IMG/VR virus record: IMGVR_UViG_3300009678_000032
Location: 1 to 41,857 of that record
Reading direction: 5' to 3' (one strand)
DNA: 41,857 nt
Source: a virus
Taxonomy: Duplodnaviria; Caudoviricetes
The first letter of the stretch is position 1. Each line of letters begins with the position of its first letter. The notes beneath the pieces are model-generated. The model had not been told where the DNA came from. It made no database searches and saw nothing but the letters and a program-made list of their open reading frames with translations. A program made the translations under genes and the position numbers. Shown piece after piece: positions 7,791-15,895 of this stretch.

Positions 7791-7898
7791 GCGCTGGTCC
7801 CGCCCACGGTCGAAGGCAATGCCCTAGGGGGACGCCGTCCCTGCACTGGGTGTGAGCAACGGGCCGTCCTTCAGTGGGTCAACGGGCGGGATCAGCGC
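7791..7898 (+). ncRNA. candidate structured small RNA
   Basis: 15-bp closing helix GCGCTGGTCCCGCCC (7791-7805)/GGGCGGGATCAGCGC (7884-7898) with a G-U on the + strand; internal stems ACGGTC/GGCCGT, GGGAC/GTCCC, GAAGG/CCTTC. Confidence 0.5.
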
Positions 7899-9727
7899 TC
7901 CTGGTACTCCAGGAGAGGCCCGGCCAGGCCGCCGGCGGCGATCGGGATCCCGAAATATCCAAACCCCGACGGATTGGGCCGCTTCTTGGTCGGCCGCAGG
8001 AACGCGCCCGGCACGTCCTCGCCCTCGGCGACCTTCTTGATCTTGTTCCCCTCCTTGTCGACCTTGGTGTAGTCCATGTGGCCGGAGGCGCGGTGCTCGC
8101 CCGCCACCTCGCGCAGCTGCTCCCGCGACATCGCCGGCATGCGCTCGAGCCCGGGGAACATGTTCTCGTGCGGCTCGTAGCGGCGCCGGATCCGGTCCCA
8201 GGTCATGTGCTGGCCGGCGAACACCCCGAGCCCATGCTCGGCCGCCCGCCGCCCGGTAGCATCGAGCGCCGCCTTGTAGTTGGGCCCCATCACCGAGACC
8301 GTCGCTGGCTCCTGCACCCAGTTGGCCTCGCGGAGATGCTCCGGCACCTTCGGGTTGAGGATACCCTCGCCGGAGTTGCTGCCCTTCTTGGGCGCCAGGC
8401 GGAGCTTGGGGTTGCGGGCATCGTTGACCAGGCCGAGCACCGCGTCGACGATGGCGCTCTCGGTGCCTGGCGTACGCTGCAGCTCGCCGAATGAACCGAC
8501 CGGCCGATCCGGGTTGTTCTTGTTCCAGAGCGCGATCAGGCGACCTTCCCAATCGGCTTGCTGGCCAGGCGAGGTGAACAGCGTGCCCTCGCGCAGCGCG
8601 TCCATGCCCATGTGCCGATCGATCGCCGACGTCATGGCCTTGGCCGGGTTCTCCCAGACCACGCCGAATGAGCCGGTTTTCATCGACAGCCCTGGCACCT
8701 GGGAGGCGATGCGCTCGGTCAGCTGCTGCCAGGTCTCGTCGCCCTGGCGCATGAAAAACGACGGATCCTGCTGGAACATCTTGGCGAGGTCGCTGATGCG
8801 GGTGTAGTCGCCCGAGCCTCTCACCCCCAGGCCGCCCTTGCCGGCCGCGTCCAGGCCGTAGCGCTGCGCGATCTTGGCGCTCTCCTCGAGCCGGCCGCCG
8901 GGGCCCTTCTGCGGGGCGATCGTGCCGAGCGGGATCGGCGACTGTGCCGCGAGATCCTGGATCAGTGCGGGATCTCGCGCCCGCAACCGCGAGGCTGCGA
9001 GCTGGTTGGGGAACAGCGGATTGTTGGGCGACGTCATGCCAAACGTCAGGCCGGACCAGGCGCGCTCCGGCGTCATCTGGTCGGGCGTCAGCGACGCCGA
9101 GAGCTTGCGCTGGATGTCAGCGTGCAGCGACGGGTCGACCCGCGACGGATCGATCGGGTTGGCCTTGTTGTGCAGCATGTCGAAGTAGGTGAACTTGCCC
9201 TCGGTCCCGCCCGGCACCTGGAACTCGCCGCCACCCTGCGCATACGGGTAGGTCTTGGGCTTGGTCAGCGGCCCCAGATTGGGCACGCCGGCGATGTCAC
9301 CCACGTCCGCGAATTCACCCGGCGTCCACTCCTTCGGCTGCTTGCCCTTGTAGGTGGTCGGGATGTCCTCGAGCGGGTTCATCGACCCGCGCAGGTTGGG
9401 ATTGCCATAGAGCATCGGCCCTTCGGTCGCCTTGCCGACGATCGCCGGCGCGTCAACAGAGCTCGCCGACTTGCCGACTTGCCGCGCCGACTTGCCGGCG
9501 CCCTTGGCCGCCGCCTTCGCGCCCTTGACCGCGGCACCGCCAGGCAGCACGCCGACGGCAGCATCCCACAGGAAGTCCTGGATCTCACGCTCGGTCAGCC
9601 GGCCGCGCAGCGCCTGCACCGCCTGCTGCAGCGGGTCGGTCACCACGCTCGAGATCCCGCGGCCGATCGTCTCGACGCCGCTCTGCGTCGGGTTAGGTGG
9701 CCTCAACGCGCTCCACGGATCAGCCAT
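7892..9727 (-). CDS. head-module protein with a putative HhH-GPD (Ogg2-like) DNA glycosylase/AP lyase domain (611 aa)
   Basis: HhH hairpin VPGLSMKTGSF followed by AIDRHM (Lys/Asp pair); GLTFGMTSPN and NYKAALDATGRRAAEHGLGVFAGQHMTW resemble Ogg2 N- and C-terminal helices. Confidence 0.7.
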   Translation of the reverse strand: MADPWSALRPPNPTQSGVETIGRGISSVVTDPLQQAVQALRGRLTEREIQDFLWDAAVGVLPGGAAVKGAKAAAKGAGKSARQVGKSASSVDAPAIVGKATEGPMLYGNPNLRGSMNPLEDIPTTYKGKQPKEWTPGEFADVGDIAGVPNLGPLTKPKTYPYAQGGGEFQVPGGTEGKFTYFDMLHNKANPIDPSRVDPSLHADIQRKLSASLTPDQMTPERAWSGLTFGMTSPNNPLFPNQLAASRLRARDPALIQDLAAQSPIPLGTIAPQKGPGGRLEESAKIAQRYGLDAAGKGGLGVRGSGDYTRISDLAKMFQQDPSFFMRQGDETWQQLTERIASQVPGLSMKTGSFGVVWENPAKAMTSAIDRHMGMDALREGTLFTSPGQQADWEGRLIALWNKNNPDRPVGSFGELQRTPGTESAIVDAVLGLVNDARNPKLRLAPKKGSNSGEGILNPKVPEHLREANWVQEPATVSVMGPNYKAALDATGRRAAEHGLGVFAGQHMTWDRIRRRYEPHENMFPGLERMPAMSREQLREVAGEHRASGHMDYTKVDKEGNKIKKVAEGEDVPGAFLRPTKKRPNPSGFGYFGIPIAAGGLAGPLLEYQER

Positions 9728-9731
9728 CGCG

Positions 9732-9899
9732 TCACCCGTGGATCGGAGCGCCGAACACTCTCCAGCCGAGCAGCAGGAACAGCACGAACAGCAGCAGCAT
9801 GCTGCCGATCGGGCCGTAGCCGGTGGGCGACCGCCAGTCCCAGAGGCCAAACAGCAGCCACAGCAGCATCAGGATCCAGAAAACCAGTCCGAATGTCAT
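9732..9899 (-). CDS. 55-aa two-TM membrane protein
   Basis: AAGGAGG RBS; MTFGLVFWILMLLWLLFGLW...LLLFVLFLLLGWRVFGAPIHG. Confidence 0.8.
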   Translation of the reverse strand: MTFGLVFWILMLLWLLFGLWDWRSPTGYGPIGSMLLLFVLFLLLGWRVFGAPIHG

Positions 9900-9910
9900 G
9901 GCGTCCTCCT

Positions 9911-10282
9911 TCAACCCATCATCGCGGGCGGTGCGCCAGTCGTCATGCCGGGAGGCTGGCCCGGCGCACCGCCGCCACCCATCAGCGCCGCGAGGGCTGC
10001 TTGCAGCTGCTGCGGGGTGGGCGGCTGGCCAGTCTGCGCCTGGATCACCATGGCGAGCTGGCCGATGAGCTGTCCGATGTCAGGCCCTTCCTGGCCGGGA
10101 GGTGCCATGCCCTGCGGCATCGCACCCTCGCCGGGCAGCGGCATCGCGGTGGCGTCGAACCCTCCACCACCATCCGGGGTCTCGATCGCGCCAGGTGACG
10201 TCGGTGGCGTGTTGGAGGCGGCGCTGGCCTTCATCGACTGCGGCGATGGCGGCACGCGCATCTGCGGGTGGTTCTGCATCAT
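9911..10282 (-). CDS. low-complexity Pro/Gly/Gln/Met-rich protein
   Basis: ATGA coupling in the portal operon. Confidence 0.65.
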   Translation of the reverse strand: MMQNHPQMRVPPSPQSMKASAASNTPPTSPGAIETPDGGGGFDATAMPLPGEGAMPQGMAPPGQEGPDIGQLIGQLAMVIQAQTGQPPTPQQLQAALAALMGGGGAPGQPPGMTTGAPPAMMG

Positions 10283-10821
10283 CCAATCCCTGTCGGCTGC
10301 TGTTGGGCGCCGCGCGGCCAGCCATACCTGGACGGCATCGTGTCGAACGCATTACCCGGCGCAACGGACGGCAGCGGCACGCCAGCATCTGGCAGACCGC
10401 CGCCGGCGACCGGAGGCATCTGAGCGCCGGCAGCGGGGGGACTACCGGCTCGACCTCCACCGATCAGCATTTGGAACATGCTCGCCAGGCTGGATGGCGG
10501 CCATGGCGGCAGCGTCGGGGCGGGCAGCACCGGCTCGCCGGGCGGCTGCGTCTGCGGACCCTGGCCGCCGCCGCTCTGGTCAATGCCGGCGCCCGGCATC
10601 GGCGACAGGAACTCCGGTTTGGACCAGCCCGTGCTCGAGCGCTGGGGCACGCCTGGCGCCGCGGGAGCACGCTGCGGCTGTCCGGCGCCTGGTTGGCCGA
10701 ATGGCATCGGCGCCGAGGGCCGATCGAACAGGCCCTGTTGCCCCTGCCGCGGCTGGCGCGTCGCCTGGCCACCCTCGCCGGTCGCGATCAGATCCCGTGC
10801 CATGTCGGCAAAACTGGCCAT
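10279..10821 (-). CDS. low-complexity Pro/Gly/Gln-rich protein
   Basis: GGGAG RBS right after the portal stop; MASFADMARDL... Confidence 0.65.
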   Translation of the reverse strand: MASFADMARDLIATGEGGQATRQPRQGQQGLFDRPSAPMPFGQPGAGQPQRAPAAPGVPQRSSTGWSKPEFLSPMPGAGIDQSGGGQGPQTQPPGEPVLPAPTLPPWPPSSLASMFQMLIGGGRAGSPPAAGAQMPPVAGGGLPDAGVPLPSVAPGNAFDTMPSRYGWPRGAQQQPTGIG

Positions 10822-10833
10822 GGGTGAGCTCCC

Positions 10834-12960
10834 TTAGAACGGCGGCCGTGGCGGCTGGGGGCCGCCTGGCAGCGACGTCGGTGGTGGTCCTGGAGGCGGC
10901 CCTGGAGGTCGTGAAGGCCCTCCACCCGGTGGGCCTGACCCCATTGTCCCGGGTGGAGGCCCGGCGGGCCCGCCTGCGCCAATGGGAGGAGGCCCGCCGG
11001 GAGTTGGTAGTACACCGCCCGGGAGGCCACTCTCAGTCGGCAGACCACCAAATTGCTGCTCGTTCTCGAGATAGTCGCCCAGGCCGAGCGTTGCCTGGTC
11101 GAGCTGCGGCGCCAACGGGTGCCAGGCCATCGGGGCCTTGGTGAGGGCGTCGATCGCGTCCTTGATCGCCTTCGCCTTCTTGCCGGCAACCTCGGCCTCG
11201 GCATCCTCGATCGCAAGCTTTTTCAGCTCTTCCTTCTGCGGATCTGGCGCGTTCTCCTGCGCCAGTTTTTCCATCCACTTTTTCTTGATCTGTGGCGGCA
11301 GCTGCGAGAGCTCGATCATGAGCTCCGGCGGAATGTTGGCGCCCTTGCCGGCCAACGCCACCAGCTGGTCGAACGTGTCGATCTGCGTGGTGATGGTGTC
11401 GGCGCCTTCGTCGATGATGATGTTGACGTCGAGCTGCGCCACGTTGTTGACCATCATCGGACCCCGCATCGGGTCGACGCGCAGGCCGTTGATCTGCACC
11501 AGCTGGTCGTTGCCGTCGGGATCCGTCACCTTGATCCAGCGCTCCATCGTCCACCACTTCTTGAGCGCCAGGAACGTGTTGCGGTAAACCCGTAATTTCC
11601 AGTCCTTGAGGTCGATGATGTAGCTGCCGAGCTCGGCAATGCCGGCCTCCTGCAAGAGCTTGATGGCGCGGCCCGACTGCTCGCCGACCGTCTGGCCGAG
11701 GAGCTGCGGGTTGGGGCCAAAGTTGTCGATCTCCTTCTTGGCGTCCTCGAGGAATAGGAGCTGCCCCTGCATGTCAGCGAGCTGCCGGGCGTCGTCGAAC
11801 TCAGGCTTCTCGCTGTCCCACTCGATCACGCCGTCGGCTTTGATGCTCTCGCGCCTGACCTTCTCGACGTCGATCGAACCGCGGCGCGCCATCAGGCGCC
11901 GAGTGTTGAGGAGGTGCAGCGCCTTCGAATAGCGGTGGTTGATCTCGTCCTGGGTATCCTTCATGTCGCGGAAGAACCCGTAGCGATCACCATCGTGGTC
12001 GACGTACGCCGAGACCATGTGGAATTTGCTGATGGTCTTGTCGTCCTCGTCGACGAACGGGCTCACGCCCTCCATCAGCTTGACGCCGTACGTGTGCAGG
12101 CACCAGCGCCACTCGCCGTCCTTGAAGTACCATTGGTCGACCAGCCGGATCCTCTTCTGGTCGCTCGAGATCCACTTGACGCTGCGATCGTTGTCCTCGG
12201 CCAGCGCGGTGCCGGCCTCCATCGACATCGACCCCTGCAGCTCTTCGCTCTTCTCCGGCACGATCATCTTCGCGATCTCGAGGTCGACCCACTTTGAGGT
12301 GCCCTCGAACATCGCGTCGCCGAAATCAGGATCGAACGATCGCGGGTCGTAGAAGAACGTGTCGGTGTGAACCCGCGTCAGCGTGACGTCGTAGTCGTTG
12401 TTGCGCATCACCTTCAGGCCGAGCTCGATCCCGCCGATGCCCTCGCGCGCGGCGTCATTGGCAACCTTGGAACTGAGTGCCTCCCATCGGGAGTTGTCCA
12501 GCACGTAGCGGATGCACATGGTCGCGAGATCTGCATGCCCCTCGAACCGCGGCGTGCGAGCGTAGGCCTTGGGATCTTGGCGCATCCGCTCGACCAGACC
12601 GACCACGCCGTTGATCTTCTTCTTGACGCGGTTCTTGGTGACCTTGAGTTGATTGCGGGCCTTGAGCTTGCGCAGCTCGTCCGCGGTCCACTGGTCGCCG
12701 TGGTAGTAGTGGCGGCTCAGCCTCTTCTCGGCGACCTCCCAGTGCTTGACGTAGAGATACATCTCGTACTGCTTGCGCAGCTCGCCGATCGGCAGGAACC
12801 CATCCTCGCTGTCGGTGGCGGTCGGGTCGGTCTTGGTAGCTGCGAACGGCTCGCGTTGGCTCTGCAGCGTCGGCGGCATGCGCAGCGCCGAGGGGGCGAG
12901 GAATGGCATCTGGGAGCCGCCGGCGCCGACGTAACCGTACGCGCCCGGGCTGTCCATCAT
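10834..12960 (-). CDS. portal protein (P22-like) with a Pro/Gly-rich C-terminal tail
   Basis: YYHGDQWT, NRVKKKINGVVG, FFYDPRS, RYGFFRDMKDTQDEINHRYSK, QSGRAI; directly after TerL. Confidence 0.92.
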   Translation of the reverse strand: MMDSPGAYGYVGAGGSQMPFLAPSALRMPPTLQSQREPFAATKTDPTATDSEDGFLPIGELRKQYEMYLYVKHWEVAEKRLSRHYYHGDQWTADELRKLKARNQLKVTKNRVKKKINGVVGLVERMRQDPKAYARTPRFEGHADLATMCIRYVLDNSRWEALSSKVANDAAREGIGGIELGLKVMRNNDYDVTLTRVHTDTFFYDPRSFDPDFGDAMFEGTSKWVDLEIAKMIVPEKSEELQGSMSMEAGTALAEDNDRSVKWISSDQKRIRLVDQWYFKDGEWRWCLHTYGVKLMEGVSPFVDEDDKTISKFHMVSAYVDHDGDRYGFFRDMKDTQDEINHRYSKALHLLNTRRLMARRGSIDVEKVRRESIKADGVIEWDSEKPEFDDARQLADMQGQLLFLEDAKKEIDNFGPNPQLLGQTVGEQSGRAIKLLQEAGIAELGSYIIDLKDWKLRVYRNTFLALKKWWTMERWIKVTDPDGNDQLVQINGLRVDPMRGPMMVNNVAQLDVNIIIDEGADTITTQIDTFDQLVALAGKGANIPPELMIELSQLPPQIKKKWMEKLAQENAPDPQKEELKKLAIEDAEAEVAGKKAKAIKDAIDALTKAPMAWHPLAPQLDQATLGLGDYLENEQQFGGLPTESGLPGGVLPTPGGPPPIGAGGPAGPPPGTMGSGPPGGGPSRPPGPPPGPPPTSLPGGPQPPRPPF

Positions 12961-12971
12961 GTCACCGCTCC

Positions 12972-14480
12972 CTAAAAGGCCTTGTCGAACCCGCGCTGAT
13001 CGGGCTCATCGTGCCTGGCGTAGTCCGAGAATTTACCCTTGCCTTCCGCTGTCGTCGGCTTGCGTCCAGGCGCGACAATATCCAGCAGCTGGCCCACAAG
13101 CCCCAACGCATCGACCTGGTCATCGTGCTTGCCATTCGGGAATGCCAAGAGCTCAGACCGCAGCGCCGCATAATAGGGAGCGTTCATATCGACGTATAGA
13201 CCGTCCATCGCCATGCGGCCCTGCATCGATCGGGCGCGGATCGCCTTCTCGCCGCGCGTCGGGAATTTGTGGATCTTGACCCAGGCGCGCTCGGCCATCA
13301 TGCGCTGCTCGAGGAACGGCCCGACGCCGCTGTCGATCTGGCCGAGCTCGGTGGCGAAGTCCAGCGGCTTGTATTTCTTGACCATGGAGGTGACCTGGCG
13401 CACCCAGCGATCGGCCGAGGCCTGCTGGCGCCAGACGTCGAGCAGGTAGAGCCGGTTTTGCGGATCGAACCCCACGATCACGATCGCGGTGTAGTCGCCC
13501 TTGCCCTCGGTCACCGCGAAGTCCGCACCGCCGTAGCAGGTGAGCGTGTCCAGCGCCGGCAGCTTGCGGATCGGGCGCAGCCAGCCCTCCTCGAAATAGG
13601 TGCCCGTCGGTGGCGACGGCCGGCCCTGGTAGAGCGCAGACCACACTGCCGGCAGCTGCGTCGCCTTCTCGCGTTTGAGCACGTCGGCATAGCCGTAGTC
13701 GTCGTCATCCCAGAGCATCTCGCCCTGGTTGCGACCGAGTGGATCGTTGGCGCTGTCGCACTCCGCGGGGATGTGCAGCAGCCGCCACCGGCTCGACCCC
13801 TTCTCGTTCAAGATCCTGCCGGCCAGGTCGTCCTCGTTCCACCGGGTCTGGATGAGCGCGATGCGGCCGCCTGGTCGCATGCGTGGCATCAGGTCCATCT
13901 TGTACCATTGCCACACGCTCTCGCGCTTGACCTCGGAGGCGGCGTCGAGGTGCGAGCGGATCGGATCGTCGATCAGCGCAATGTCGGCACGAAAACCGGC
14001 GATGCCGGTGTCGACGCCGGCGGCGTAGTATTCCGCACCGTTGTCCACAGCCCACCGCCCCGCCGCCTTGTTGTCACCGACCAGCGCCATCTTCAGCACC
14101 GCGGATTGGGTCGCGACCAGGTTGCGCGCACGCCGGCCAAACCTCTCCGCCAGCTGTACCGTGTGCGACGCCGCCAGGATCGCCGAGCCCGACACGCTCT
14201 GCATCAGCCAGGGTGGGAACAGCACGGAGGTGTAGGTGCTCTTGGCCGATCCTGGCGGCATGACCACCATCAGCCGATCGGTGTCGTTGCGGGCAAGCGC
14301 CTCGAGCTCGGCGATCAGCAGCTTGTGGTGGGCGGCCGGCTCGTAGCCGCAGTTGATCGCCCACTCAGTGAGCGATTTTCGGATCACCCGGCGACGGTAC
14401 TGCTCTTCCACCTGCTCGAGTTCGTCGTAGCCGGTTGATGTCGGCGAGGAGCTCCTCGTCGCTGATGCTGTCCAACTCAC
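12972..14480 (-). CDS. terL: terminase large subunit (start approximate)
   Basis: Walker A MPPGSAKST, Walker B LIDDP, IQTRWNEDDLAG, nuclease motifs GADFA and HDDQVDAL. Confidence 0.95.
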   Translation of the reverse strand: MSWTASATRSSSPTSTGYDELEQVEEQYRRRVIRKSLTEWAINCGYEPAAHHKLLIAELEALARNDTDRLMVVMPPGSAKSTYTSVLFPPWLMQSVSGSAILAASHTVQLAERFGRRARNLVATQSAVLKMALVGDNKAAGRWAVDNGAEYYAAGVDTGIAGFRADIALIDDPIRSHLDAASEVKRESVWQWYKMDLMPRMRPGGRIALIQTRWNEDDLAGRILNEKGSSRWRLLHIPAECDSANDPLGRNQGEMLWDDDDYGYADVLKREKATQLPAVWSALYQGRPSPPTGTYFEEGWLRPIRKLPALDTLTCYGGADFAVTEGKGDYTAIVIVGFDPQNRLYLLDVWRQQASADRWVRQVTSMVKKYKPLDFATELGQIDSGVGPFLEQRMMAERAWVKIHKFPTRGEKAIRARSMQGRMAMDGLYVDMNAPYYAALRSELLAFPNGKHDDQVDALGLVGQLLDIVAPGRKPTTAEGKGKFSDYARHDEPDQRGFDKAF

Positions 14481-14733
14481 GGCGGTTGCGATCCTCCTCC
14501 GCGTTGTAGCTCACCGGGGCGCCCCAGGCGCGCTCGAGCAGGCCTTTGGCGGCGACGACACGGGCCGTGGGGCTGTTCTTCTTGTCCCGCATGATCGTGC
14601 GCAGCACCTGCAGGGCCTCGATCGAGAACGTCTTGGCGAGTTCCAATACCTCTTCAAGGGTGGCAGGCGCTAAGGCCTTGCCGCCCTTTGGCACTCCGCC
14701 TGGGTTACCGCTCTGGCCCTTCTTGAATGCCAC
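14365..14733 (-). CDS. terS: terminase small subunit (DUF5681-like N-terminus)
   Basis: FKKGQSGNPGG motif, ARVVAAKGLLERAWG, SISDEEL; immediately upstream of TerL. Confidence 0.85.
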   Translation of the reverse strand: MAFKKGQSGNPGGVPKGGKALAPATLEEVLELAKTFSIEALQVLRTIMRDKKNSPTARVVAAKGLLERAWGAPVSYNAEEDRNRRELDSISDEELLADINRLRRTRAGGRAVPSPGDPKIAH

Positions 14734-15055
14734 TGAGCTCTCGCTGAGCCGGCGCTTGAGGTGGTGACTGAGCCGGCACTGAGCCGCTCATAGCACTGTT
14801 CGCATCCCTTGGGGATCTCGCTGTGCTCCAGCCACGCTCGTGGACGATGTCGAGCACCGCCTCGAGCTCCCCTGGCCTGGGCCTGACCATGGCGGTGGCC
14901 TTGCCGGTCAGCACCCACCAGGCGGCCCTGAGGCGCTCCCAGGGGTAGGGCGCGTAGGGCTCGGATACCGCCCAGACCCAGCCCTGCCCTGTGGTCTCCT
15001 GCATGACGCCGGGGCTGTAGATGTCCTGCAGCTGCTCGATCGAGTACGGGATCAC
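14705..15055 (-). CDS. hypothetical protein
   Basis: GTGA overlap; WERLRAAWWVLTGKATA motif. Confidence 0.6.
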   Translation of the reverse strand: MIPYSIEQLQDIYSPGVMQETTGQGWVWAVSEPYAPYPWERLRAAWWVLTGKATAMVRPRPGELEAVLDIVHERGWSTARSPRDANSAMSGSVPAQSPPQAPAQRELSGIQEGPER

Positions 15056-15315
15056 GCCCTGCCTCCTACGGTCCCGTCTCTGATCGGCACCCCGCCCTCC
15101 ACCGCCTTGTCCTGGTCGCTGGCGATGTCATTGAGCATGGCGATACCGAATGCCTCCAGGCGGGCCATGCGCTCGTCCCGGGCCTCCTCGGGGCCACCAA
15201 ACGCCCAGGCAGCGCTCACCGCTATGATGACGGTGCGATCCCTACCATCCTGCTCGACGAACACCTGCACCTGATCTTGCTGGATGAAGATGCCGAGCCT
15301 GACCTCGACGCTCAT
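15052..15315 (-). CDS. hypothetical protein, tandem paralogue A
   Basis: GAGGAGG RBS; MSVEVRLG...AVSAAW...DGTVGGRA. Confidence 0.7.
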   Translation of the reverse strand: MSVEVRLGIFIQQDQVQVFVEQDGRDRTVIIAVSAAWAFGGPEEARDERMARLEAFGIAMLNDIASDQDKAVEGGVPIRDGTVGGRA

Positions 15316-15331
15316 GAAGGCCTCCTCAGCA

Positions 15332-15607
15332 TCATCCTCTCCCCCCGATGATCGTGCCGTCGGCACTGGTGGGTAGCATCGGGCCGAGATTGGCGCCCTG
15401 ATCCTCGCCGATGGCGAGCACCACCTTGATCACGAAGTCCACAAAGAGCGCCTCGCGCTCCTGCGCCTTCTCGGGGTTGCCGCGCATCCAATGGCCGGAC
15501 ACCGCGGCAATGATCTCCTCGTCGATGGTCTCACCGTCGTTCTGCTCGATGAACGCCAGCACAATGCTCTTGTATTGCCTGAGGCCAATCTTGAGGTCGA
15601 CGCTCAT
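15332..15607 (-). CDS. hypothetical protein, tandem paralogue B
   Basis: MSVDLKIG...AVSGHW...DGTIIGGRG. Confidence 0.7.
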   Translation of the reverse strand: MSVDLKIGLRQYKSIVLAFIEQNDGETIDEEIIAAVSGHWMRGNPEKAQEREALFVDFVIKVVLAIGEDQGANLGPMLPTSADGTIIGGRG

Positions 15608-15608
15608 G

Positions 15609-15851
15609 TCAGCACCACGTCGCGCCGCGCTCGCAGGTCGGCTGCTTGATCTTGACCGTGCCATTGACGATGCCCTCGGCTACCATGTCGGTGCCGACGC
15701 GGGCCGTCCACATCCAGATCGCAGCACGCGGCGCCGCCATCTGCCACGAGTAGCCGATCGTCACCAGGAAGTGGAACAGCATCACGGCGCCGATGATGTA
15801 ACAGAACGCAAAGCCCGCGAGGGCCGCCGTCAGTGGGTGGATTGTCGTCAA
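15609..15851 (-). CDS. small membrane protein (start approximate)
   Basis: Hydrophobic LTAALAGFAFCYIIGAVMLFHFLVTIGY; fills the gap between its neighbours. Confidence 0.55.
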   Translation of the reverse strand: MTTIHPLTAALAGFAFCYIIGAVMLFHFLVTIGYSWQMAAPRAAIWMWTARVGTDMVAEGIVNGTVKIKQPTCERGATWC

Positions 15852-15895
15852 CTCTACCTGCCACCATTGGCGGCGACGTCTCGCGGGCCAAGGCA

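Noticed and set aside
9728-9850. Cys-rich metallothionein-like N-terminus (CCCCSCCSCC) on the 652-aa ORF
   Set aside because: It is the Leu-rich CTG run of the 55-aa membrane gene read in another frame; the real start is ATG 9727
14365-14480. Programmed TerS-TerL frameshift
   Set aside because: No slippery heptamer is seen; GTG starts are available in the TerL frame and terminase gene overlap is common
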